Of a stretch of 64,000 nt of DNA, positions 57,043 to 64,000 are shown piece after piece. Each line of letters opens with the position of its first letter. Position 1 is the stretch's first letter. A model generated the notes under the pieces. That model made no database searches and was not told where the DNA came from. It worked only from the letters and a program-made list of their open reading frames with translations. Source of the stretch: Thermoplasmata archaeon (GTDB taxonomy: Archaea > Thermoplasmatota > Thermoplasmata > Lutacidiplasmatales > UBA184). The stretch is taken from NCBI GenBank assembly GCA_027315165.1, contig DAHUYN010000003.1, positions 27,990 through 91,989 of the forward strand. Reading direction: 5' to 3'. A program made the position numbers and the translations under genes.

Positions 57043-57129
57043 GGCCCGCCGACCGCGGTAGGGTATCTAAGCTCCGCCGACCGGCGAGAGGTGCGGAACG
57101 AATAAGCGCCGGCACGTCTGGGGAGCCGC

Positions 57130-58068
57130 GTGCCGCTCCGGCGCCGGCCGACCGCCCCGTTCGCGACGCCCCTCGACCTCTGGGTCGTCGGTCACACGAA
57201 CCTCGACCACTTCCTCTACGTGCGAAGCCTGCCCGGCCGGGACCGGACCGTCCCGATCGTGCGGCGCGAGACCCATCTCGGCGGCACGGGGGCGAACCTC
57301 GCCCTTTCCGCGGCCTCCTGGGGCGTCCGCACCGGACTCGTCTCCCGCGTGGGTCCGGACTTCCCCGACGAGTTCCGCGAGCGTCTTCGGGCCGCCGGTG
57401 TCGACCTCCGCGGCCTCACGGTCGACCCGGTCCTTCCCTCCTCCGCGTGCTTCATCACCGAGGACGGTCGCGGCGGGCAGAGCACGCTCATCGACCAGGG
57501 CCCGATGCGGGACGGGACGCGGTACGACGGCCCCCGTGACATCTTCGGTGAGGCCCCCTGGGCCCACCTCACGACCGCCGCCCCTGCCTACCTCCTCGAA
57601 GCGAAGGCCGAGGTCCGGCGGGCCGGCGGACGCGTCGCCGTCGACCCCGCGCAGGAGATCCACTACCGCTGGGACGGCCCGGGGCTGCGCGAGCTCCTCG
57701 CGGGGGCCGAGATCCTCTTCGGGAACGACCACGAGATCGCCCGCGCCGTCGAGCTGCTCGGGCTCGACAAGGTCTCGGGCCTCCTCGAGCACGTGCCGCT
57801 CGTCGTCCGGACGGAGGGGGCCCGCGGGGCGACGGCCGTGAGCCGGGTCGGCAGTGTGCATGTGCCCGCCCCGCGCGTCGCCACCGTCCGGCAGGTGACG
57901 GGGGCCGGCGACGCCTTCCGGGGCGGCTTCTACGCCGGCTGGTTCGAGGGCCTCCCGCTCGTCGGCTGCCTCACGGCGGGCGTGCGTTCGGCGGCCCGGT
58001 GGGTCGCGCGCGGTCCTCCCCGCCCTCGCGGCCGCCGCGGCTCGCGCGCTCGGGGGGTCCGTCGATGA
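57130..58068 (+). CDS. PfkB-family carbohydrate/nucleoside kinase
   Basis: Ribokinase-like fold; GG and VTGAGDAF anion-hole motifs. Confidence 0.7.
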   Translation: MPLRRRPTAPFATPLDLWVVGHTNLDHFLYVRSLPGRDRTVPIVRRETHLGGTGANLALSAASWGVRTGLVSRVGPDFPDEFRERLRAAGVDLRGLTVDPVLPSSACFITEDGRGGQSTLIDQGPMRDGTRYDGPRDIFGEAPWAHLTTAAPAYLLEAKAEVRRAGGRVAVDPAQEIHYRWDGPGLRELLAGAEILFGNDHEIARAVELLGLDKVSGLLEHVPLVVRTEGARGATAVSRVGSVHVPAPRVATVRQVTGAGDAFRGGFYAGWFEGLPLVGCLTAGVRSAARWVARGPPRPRGRRGSRARGVRR

Positions 58069-59303
58069 GGATGCGGCCGTTCGGCCGCCTCCTTCCGCTC
58101 GACGCGGCGCTCCGCCGGACGCTCGCCGCCGTGACCCCGGTGCGGGGGTACGAGCGGGTGGCGCTCGCCGACGCGCTGGGCCGCGTGAGCGCGGCGACGG
58201 TCCGGGCCCGAAGGCCGAGCCCCGCGTTCTCCCGAGCGACCTGGGACGGCTATGCCGTGCGGAGCGCGGACCTCGCGCGGGCTTCCGCGCGCTCGCCCGT
58301 GGTGCTTCGCCTCGTCGGTGAGGTCTTCGCCGAAGGGAGGCTCGACCGCCCGTTGGGGTCGGGTGAGACCGCGGCGATCGCGACCGGCGGCGCCCTTCCG
58401 ACCGGCGCCGACGCCGTCGTCATCTTCGAGGAGGCCTCCGCGCACGACGACGCGGTCACGGTCGGGCGCCCCGTTCCCCGGGGCGACCGGGTCGCGGCCC
58501 CGGGGGACGACTTTGCCAAGGGGGCCGTCCTGGTCCGCTCGGGAGAGGTCCTCGACCCCGCGCGGGTCGGCGCCGTCGGGGCCGCCGGCGCGACCCACGT
58601 CGAGGTGCGCCGCCGTCCCCGCGTCACGTTCGTCGCCAACGGCACCGAGCTGCGGCCCCTCGGGGCGAGGCTCCGCCGCGGCGAGGTCCACGAGATCAAC
58701 AACCTCACGCTCGGCACGCTCGCGCGCGCCTCCGGCGCCGAGGTCGTCCAACGGCCCCCCGTGCCCGACGACCTCGAGCGGCTCGAGCGGGTGATCGCCG
58801 ACGCGGCCGCCTCGAGCGACCTCGTCGTCGTCACGGGAGGGAGCTCCGTCGGGGAGCACGACCATCTTCCCGCGATCTTCCCGAGGCTCGGCCGGCTGTT
58901 GTACCATGGCGTCGCGGTCCGCCCGGGGAAGCCGACGCTCGCCGCGAGGGGTGCGCACGGGCTCCTCCTCGGGATGCCGGGCCACCCGACCTCCTGCCTC
59001 TCGAACGGGCTCTGGCTGCTGCTCCCCGTGCTCCGGCGGCTCGCCGGCGTCCCGGGCGACGCCTGGAGCGAGGTCCCCGTCAGGCTCGGGGCGGCCGTCC
59101 GCCGGCCCAGCCCCGACCTCTCGACGGTCGTAGCGCTGCATGTCGAGAACGGCGTGGCGTGGCCGACGTTCCGCGACTCGTCGGCGATCACGAGCCTCTC
59201 GGGCGCGAACGCCTACGCGATCCTTCGGCCCGGGGCTCGGGCCCCGAGGGTCGGCGCGCGGCTCACGGTCCGCCGCCTCGCCGCTCCCATCGGCGCCCCG
59301 TAG
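58065..59303 (+). CDS. moeA: molybdopterin molybdenumtransferase MoeA
   Basis: ORF track 57999..59303. ATG 58065 overlaps the pfkB stop. TGGSSVGEHD motif. Confidence 0.8.
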   Translation: MRMRPFGRLLPLDAALRRTLAAVTPVRGYERVALADALGRVSAATVRARRPSPAFSRATWDGYAVRSADLARASARSPVVLRLVGEVFAEGRLDRPLGSGETAAIATGGALPTGADAVVIFEEASAHDDAVTVGRPVPRGDRVAAPGDDFAKGAVLVRSGEVLDPARVGAVGAAGATHVEVRRRPRVTFVANGTELRPLGARLRRGEVHEINNLTLGTLARASGAEVVQRPPVPDDLERLERVIADAAASSDLVVVTGGSSVGEHDHLPAIFPRLGRLLYHGVAVRPGKPTLAARGAHGLLLGMPGHPTSCLSNGLWLLLPVLRRLAGVPGDAWSEVPVRLGAAVRRPSPDLSTVVALHVENGVAWPTFRDSSAITSLSGANAYAILRPGARAPRVGARLTVRRLAAPIGAP

Positions 59304-59348
59304 CGACCGCGACCGAAACGCTATGCGGAGCGGGAGCCATGGCGAGGC

Positions 59349-60359
59349 GTGCGCGACCGCTACGGGCGCGAGGTCAACGAGCTCCGGGTCTCGCTGACGC
59401 AGCGGTGCAACCTCGCCTGCGTCTTCTGCCACATGGAGGGGCAGCCGGCGAGCCGTGCGGAGCTCACGCCCGTCGAGATCGAGCGCGCCGTTGCGGCCGC
59501 CACGCGCGCGGGCGTCACGCGCGTCAAGCTCACCGGCGGCGAGCCGACGCTCCGCACGGACCTTCTCGAGATCGTCGAGCGGCTCCGGCCGCTCGTCGCG
59601 GAGCTGTCGATGACGACGAACGGGCTCCGGCTCGTCGAGCTGGCCCGGCCCCTCCGGGCCGCCGGCCTCGACCGGGTGAACGTGAGCGTCCCGACGCTCG
59701 AGCCGGAGGCCTACCGTGAGCTCACGGGCGTCGACGGCGTCCAGCGCGTCGTCGAGGGAGTGCGAGCGGCCGCGGAGGCCGGCCTGGGTCCGATCAAGCT
59801 CAACGTCGTCGCGCTCGACGGGGTCACCGACGGGAACGGCGCCGTCGAGCGGATCGTGCGGTTCGCCCAGGAGGTCGGCGCCTGGGTACAAGTGATCGAG
59901 TTCGAGAACGTCTCGGGCCGGGTCGACCCGAGCGTCTATCGACGGCTGCACTCCGAGCTCGGCCGCCTGACGGAGTCGGCCGCGGCCCGTGCGTTCCGGA
60001 CCGACCGCAACCGGCTCCACGGGCGTCCCCAGTTCACCTTCGTCGACGGGGGCCGGCCCGTCACCGTCGAGGTCGTCCAGCCGGTCGAGAACCCGGCGTT
60101 CTGCATGGAGTGCCACCGGCTCCGGCTCACCTCCGACGGGCGCCTCAAGGGCTGCCTCATGTCGAACGCCGGGCTCGTCGACGTCCGCCCGTATCTCGAG
60201 AACGACGGGCGCGCGGTCGAGCTCGACGAGGCGTTCGCGCGGGCCGTCCGGCTGCGACGGCCGTACTTCGTGGGGCCGGAGACCCCCGCCCCCGAGGAGG
60301 ACACGACGGGGGAAGCGCTCGGCGAGCGGCTCCCGATCGTCGGCTCGAGGGCCGCGTAA
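59349..60359 (+). CDS. moaA: GTP 3',8-cyclase MoaA (radical SAM)
   Basis: CNLACVFCH radical-SAM cluster motif; C-terminal second cluster (CMECHRLRLTSDGRLKGC). Confidence 0.85.
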   Translation: MRDRYGREVNELRVSLTQRCNLACVFCHMEGQPASRAELTPVEIERAVAAATRAGVTRVKLTGGEPTLRTDLLEIVERLRPLVAELSMTTNGLRLVELARPLRAAGLDRVNVSVPTLEPEAYRELTGVDGVQRVVEGVRAAAEAGLGPIKLNVVALDGVTDGNGAVERIVRFAQEVGAWVQVIEFENVSGRVDPSVYRRLHSELGRLTESAAARAFRTDRNRLHGRPQFTFVDGGRPVTVEVVQPVENPAFCMECHRLRLTSDGRLKGCLMSNAGLVDVRPYLENDGRAVELDEAFARAVRLRRPYFVGPETPAPEEDTTGEALGERLPIVGSRAA

Positions 60360-60391
60360 ACCCCTAAAGGGGCCGTTGACCTCGGGCGGCC

Positions 60392-61222
60392 GTGCCTCGC
60401 GACCGTCTCCACGTGGCGCTCGTCTCGATCGAGGGGACCAACAACGACGAGGAGCTGTTCGTCGCGCTCAAGGCCCTCGGGACCTCGCCCGAGATCGTCC
60501 ACCTCAAGCAGCTGGCGGGCAAGGACGTCGTCGCGGAGAAGGTCCGCCGTCTCGCCGACTACGAGATGCTGCTGTTCCCCGGCGGCTTCTCGGCGGGCGA
60601 CTACGTGCGCGCCGGCGCGATCCTCGCGGCCCGCACGCGGGCCGCGATCGGCCCCGAGCTCGAGGAGTTCGTTCGCGCGGGGAAGATCGTCGGCGGCATC
60701 TGCAACGGTTTCCAGGTCCTCACCGAGCTCGGGCTCCTCCCGGGCCGCGCCGGCGGCCGCCTGGGGAGCCCCGAGGCGGCGCTGATGACGAACGACTCGG
60801 GGCGGTACGAGTGCCGCCCCACCTTCCTCGCCTGGACCGGGGGGCGCTTTCCGCCACTGCAGGGCGTGCCCGAGGGCCGGCGCTATCTGTTCCCGTCGGG
60901 CCACTCCGAGGGGAAGCTCGTCCTGGCCGGCGAGCCGGGCGCGCGCCTCCGCGAGCTCGAGGCGAACGGCCAGGTGCTGTTCCGCTGGGTCTCGCCCGAC
61001 GGAAGCCCTGCCGTCTATCCGTGGAACCCGAACGGCTCCGAGGGGAACGTCGCCGGGCTCACGAACCCCGAGGGGAACGTCTTCGGGCTGATGCCGCATC
61101 CCGAGCGCGGCTTCTTCCGCGCGCAGGCCCCCGACTGGACGCGGCAGGGCGGCGCGGAAGGGTTCGGCGACGGGCACGCCTTCCTCGAGGCCGTCGTCGG
61201 CTACGCGTCCCGGCGCGCCTAG
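60392..61222 (+). CDS. purQ: phosphoribosylformylglycinamidine synthase subunit PurQ (class I glutamine amidotransferase)
   Basis: FPGGFSAGDY, ICNGFQ (catalytic Cys) and HPE motifs. Confidence 0.8.
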   Translation: MPRDRLHVALVSIEGTNNDEELFVALKALGTSPEIVHLKQLAGKDVVAEKVRRLADYEMLLFPGGFSAGDYVRAGAILAARTRAAIGPELEEFVRAGKIVGGICNGFQVLTELGLLPGRAGGRLGSPEAALMTNDSGRYECRPTFLAWTGGRFPPLQGVPEGRRYLFPSGHSEGKLVLAGEPGARLRELEANGQVLFRWVSPDGSPAVYPWNPNGSEGNVAGLTNPEGNVFGLMPHPERGFFRAQAPDWTRQGGAEGFGDGHAFLEAVVGYASRRA

Positions 61223-61859
61223 CGGCGTCGTGGGAGAGCTCCCAGACCCAGAGCCGCTCGCCCTCGAGCGGCCGGGAGGCGACCTCGCGGACCCGGCCGC
61301 CGCTCGTGACGAACCGCTCGCGGAGCCTCTCGAGCGCGCGCGGCGATTGGAGCGAGGAGCCGAGCAGGTAGGCGCGCCCGTCCCGGGCGAGGTGCGACGG
61401 GAGGCCGACGACGAGGCGACGCGTGACGGCACAGCCATCGGGTCCGCCGTTGAGGGCGAGGTCGTGCCATCGGTCGGGATCCTCCTCACCGGGGACCGTC
61501 GGCAGGTACGGCGGGTTGGCGACGATCCGGCGGAACCGTCGCGTGCCGTCGAGGAGGTCCGTCCTCAGCGCCAGGAGCGCGAGCCCCTCGGCGCGGGCGG
61601 TGCGGGCGAGCGCGCGGAGCGCGAACGGGTTGCGGTCGGTGGCGACGACCCGGGCGCCCGCGCGCGCCGCCTCGAGGGCGAGCGCGCCGTTGCCCGTTCC
61701 GACATCGAGGAGCCACGCGCCCCGGGGGACCCGGGCGAACGGCCGCAGGAGCGCGGTGTCCTCGCGCTCGGGGTAGACGGGGACGTCGCTCCGCCGAGAC
61801 GTGCGCCGCCGTAGCACTCCGTCCGTCAGTCGCGTCACCTTCTTATCTCGCCGGGCCAT
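61059..61859 (-). CDS. prmC: HemK/Mtq2-family protein-(glutamine-N5) methyltransferase
   Basis: LDVGTGNGALAL SAM motif and NPPY catalytic motif. The last ~50 aa (Arg-rich) overlap purQ in antisense. Confidence 0.7.
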   Translation of the reverse strand: MARRDKKVTRLTDGVLRRRTSRRSDVPVYPEREDTALLRPFARVPRGAWLLDVGTGNGALALEAARAGARVVATDRNPFALRALARTARAEGLALLALRTDLLDGTRRFRRIVANPPYLPTVPGEEDPDRWHDLALNGGPDGCAVTRRLVVGLPSHLARDGRAYLLGSSLQSPRALERLRERFVTSGGRVREVASRPLEGERLWVWELSHDAARRAGTRSRRRPRGRRARRRTLPRRPAASSRGPARGRSRARDAASARRRSPRGS

Positions 61860-61889
61860 TGTTACGAAAAGTTTCGGAGCAGGTCAACG

Positions 61890-62447
61890 ATGTCACGTCG
61901 GCTCGCAGCACCGGTCAAGATCGGGATCACCGGGCTTCCCGGCTCGGGGAAGACCCAGACCCTGCTGCGCATCATCCAGCTCCTCGAGGAGGAGGGCATC
62001 AAGGTCGGTGGCATGGTCACCGAGCCGATCGTCGAGAAGCATCGGCGGACGGGCTTTCAGATCACGAACTGGCTCACCAAGGAGCACGAGGTCTTCGCGC
62101 ACGAGAACCTGAAGTCTCGGGTCCGCTCGGGCCGCTACGGCGTCAACCTCGCCGCGCTCGAAGGGCTGGGCACGCGGGCGCTCCAGGAGGCGCGGGAGAG
62201 CGCGGACGTCATCGTCATCGACGAGGTCGGCAAGATGGAGGTCGAGAGCGACCTGTTCACGCAGAGCGTCACCGAGACGCTCGACGCGAACAAGTCGATC
62301 GTGATGACGCTCCATAAGAAGTCCCGCAACCCTCTCCTCCAGGACATCCGGCGGAGGGACGAACTACGCCTGCTCGAGGTGACGCCCGTGAACAAGAACC
62401 TCCTCGCCTTCAAGATCGTCCGTCTCCTCACGGGGAAGGCCCACTAG
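61890..62447 (+). CDS. nucleoside-triphosphatase THEP1 (NTPase_1 family)
   Basis: KIGITGLPGSGKTQTL P-loop and DEVGKME Walker B; 185 aa. Confidence 0.8.
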   Translation: MSRRLAAPVKIGITGLPGSGKTQTLLRIIQLLEEEGIKVGGMVTEPIVEKHRRTGFQITNWLTKEHEVFAHENLKSRVRSGRYGVNLAALEGLGTRALQEARESADVIVIDEVGKMEVESDLFTQSVTETLDANKSIVMTLHKKSRNPLLQDIRRRDELRLLEVTPVNKNLLAFKIVRLLTGKAH

Positions 62448-62530
62448 CGCTCGTCGAGCGCCGCGAGGGCGCGGCACCGCTCTGGCTGCCCGACGTCGGG
62501 CCCCGCCGGGGGCCCGGCCGCCGTGCGGCC

Positions 62531-63550
62531 GTGTTCTACAACCCCGCGATGGCGTTCGACCGCGACCTCAACGTCGCGGTGCTCCGGGCCTGGCGCCGCC
62601 TCGGCCACCCGGTCCGGCACGGCTGGGAGATGCTCGCCGCCACCGGGGTCCGCGGCCTGCGGCTCCTCTACGAGGCCGGCCCGTTCGAGGCGATGCTCCT
62701 CACGGAGGGGAGCCCCGTCGCGCTCGAGGTCCTCCGGCGGAACGTCGCCCCCGTCGCGCCGCCGGCGACCGCCGCGGCCGCCGACGCGAGGGCGCCGCCG
62801 CGCGAGGCCCCGTTCGACTACGTCGACCTCGACCCGTACGGGACGCCCGTCCCGTTCCTCGAGGCGGCCGTCTCGACGCTCCGACCCTCCGGGCTCGTGG
62901 CCGTCACGGCGACGGACATGCGGGTCCTCGCGGGGGTCGACCGGGGCGCGGCGGAGCGCCGGTACCACGGGCGGCCCGTTCGGGGGCGGCTCGGCCCCGA
63001 AGGGGGGCTCCGCCTCCTCCTGGCCGAGCTGTGGCGGCACGCCGACGCCGCCGGCCGTTCGCTCCGCCCCGAGCTCGCCTACGTCGGGACCCACCACGTC
63101 CGGGTCTATGCGACCCTCCCCGAAGGCCGGGAGGCCGCGCCGGTCGGTGAGATCGATCCCGCGTCCTGGTCGGGGCCGCCGCTCGGCGCCGCCGATGGGC
63201 GCGGGCCGATGTGGCTCGGCCGGCTCTTCGACCCCGAGCTCGTCGAGGCGCTCGAGGTGCCGCCGACCGCGCAGGAGCCGCACGCCCTTTCGCGCTGGCT
63301 GGCGCGGCTCGGGCTCGAGTGCCGGGTCGACACGCCGTTCTACTACGAGTCGAACACGCTCGCCCAGGGTCTCGGTCTCGACCGGCCGCCGTCGCTCAGG
63401 GCCCTCGCGGCCGAGCTCGGGCAGGGTGGCTACACTCTCGCGCCCACCCACGCGCGGGAGGGCGGCTTCCGGACCGAGGCGCCGTACGCGCGCGTCGCCG
63501 AGGCCGCGCGACGGGCCGCTCAGCCCCAGAACGAGCGGGTCCGCGCGTAG
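62531..63550 (+). CDS. trm1: tRNA (guanine26-N2)-dimethyltransferase Trm1
   Basis: FYNPAMAFDRDLNV and DLDPYGTP motifs. GTG start sits directly at the FYNP motif, so the N-terminus is short. Confidence 0.75.
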   Translation: MFYNPAMAFDRDLNVAVLRAWRRLGHPVRHGWEMLAATGVRGLRLLYEAGPFEAMLLTEGSPVALEVLRRNVAPVAPPATAAAADARAPPREAPFDYVDLDPYGTPVPFLEAAVSTLRPSGLVAVTATDMRVLAGVDRGAAERRYHGRPVRGRLGPEGGLRLLLAELWRHADAAGRSLRPELAYVGTHHVRVYATLPEGREAAPVGEIDPASWSGPPLGAADGRGPMWLGRLFDPELVEALEVPPTAQEPHALSRWLARLGLECRVDTPFYYESNTLAQGLGLDRPPSLRALAAELGQGGYTLAPTHAREGGFRTEAPYARVAEAARRAAQPQNERVRA

Positions 63551-64000
63551 CTCCGCTCCGCCTTGAGGACCTCGGTGAGGAACTCCGCATCGTTCCGGTA
63601 GAGCCGCGCGAGCAGGCGTCGCGCCGTGTCGGGGCCGACGCCGCGGGCCGCGAGGCAGAGCAGCGCCCGCTCGCCGTAGTGGGCCAACAGCTCGGCGGTC
63701 GTGTAGGCCTGACGGAGGAGCGGCGTCAGCGACTCGGCGGGGGCGCCGCGCGGCGGCCGCTTCCCCTTCCACTTGCGCTTGGCGTAGCGCTGGACCGCCT
63801 CGAGCTCCTCGGTCCTCCTCGGCGACAGCACGGCCGACAGGGCCCCGCGGCAGAGCCGGCAGGTGCTACCGCCCTCGGCGCGGTACCGCTCGACGGTCGT
63901 CGTGCGCGTGAAGCCGCACCGGAGGCAGATGAGCGTCAGCTCCTCGCGCCGGAGCCGCTCCTCGACCGCCTTGAGGAGCGTCGGCGGAGGGACATCGGGG
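63520..64000 (-). CDS. Zn-ribbon + helix-hairpin-helix protein, 5' end beyond window (partial)
   Basis: The minus-strand frame is open to the window edge. CLRCGF...(19)...CRLC zinc ribbon followed by an HhH-like LAARGVGPDTARRLLARL. The track ORF 63520..63831 is its 3' part. Confidence 0.45.
   Translation of the reverse strand, partial: PDVPPPTLLKAVEERLRREELTLICLRCGFTRTTTVERYRAEGGSTCRLCRGALSAVLSPRRTEELEAVQRYAKRKWKGKRPPRGAPAESLTPLLRQAYTTAELLAHYGERALLCLAARGVGPDTARRLLARLYRNDAEFLTEVLKAERSYARTRSFWG

Noticed and set aside
54410-57115. 901-aa ORF spanning glyS and upstream
   Set aside because: The upstream portion is Arg-rich junk overlapping the well-supported amidohydrolase gene in another frame. 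GlyRS homology starts at GTG 55942.
1-64000. CRISPR arrays, rRNA genes, large ncRNAs (RNase P, SRP RNA)
   Set aside because: No regularly spaced direct repeats were seen. The largest intergenic gaps are ≤160 bp, too small for RNase P or 7S RNA, and no rRNA-like stretches occur.

Overview
High-GC (~68%) archaeal chromosome segment, probably an aerobic Thermoplasmatota-like euryarchaeon. The archaeal assignment rests on aEF-2 carrying a diphthamide His, S8e/SRP19/GPN, L37Ae/RpoP, the exosome superoperon, family-B PolB and RadB. Proteins are Arg-rich rather than acidic, so this is not a haloarchaeon. The window is mostly core genome. It contains a respiratory cluster (cytochrome b, two small TM ORFs, heme-copper oxidase subunit I, heme A synthase CtaA, heme O synthase CtaB). 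It has tRNA-Pro(GGG), a PadR regulator followed by a small C2H2 zinc-finger protein, rlmE-pcm, and pentose/central metabolism genes (PHI, PdaD, a KDG-aldolase-like DapA protein, Zn glucose-dehydrogenase-like MDR). It also holds rps8e-srp19-gpn, a degraded IS630-type transposase fragment, ADP-forming acetyl-CoA synthetase, moaDE, two-subunit 2-oxoacid:ferredoxin oxidoreductase, a surface/glycosylation-like locus, pyrC, purM, UDG4-PolB, rps12-rps7-EF2, ogt, radB and RNase J. The exosome superoperon (psmA-sbds-rrp4-rrp41-rrp42-rpl37ae-rpoP) is intact. Further along are a DUF255 thioredoxin-fold protein, a COG1395-type HTH regulator fused in an operon with a TraB-like protein, a coiled-coil protein plus UPF0200 P-loop kinase pair, glyS, a pfkB-moeA-moaA cluster, purQ, a HemK-family methyltransferase, THEP1 NTPase, trm1, and a partial Zn-ribbon/HhH gene at the window edge. 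No rRNA, no CRISPR array and no intact mobile element were seen. Genes are tightly packed, with many GTG starts and 4-nt overlaps. Several convergent pairs overlap by 60-180 bp and carry Arg-rich tails. Coordinates come from the ORF track; my manual base counting drifts by ±1 in places, so regulatory sites are approximate.
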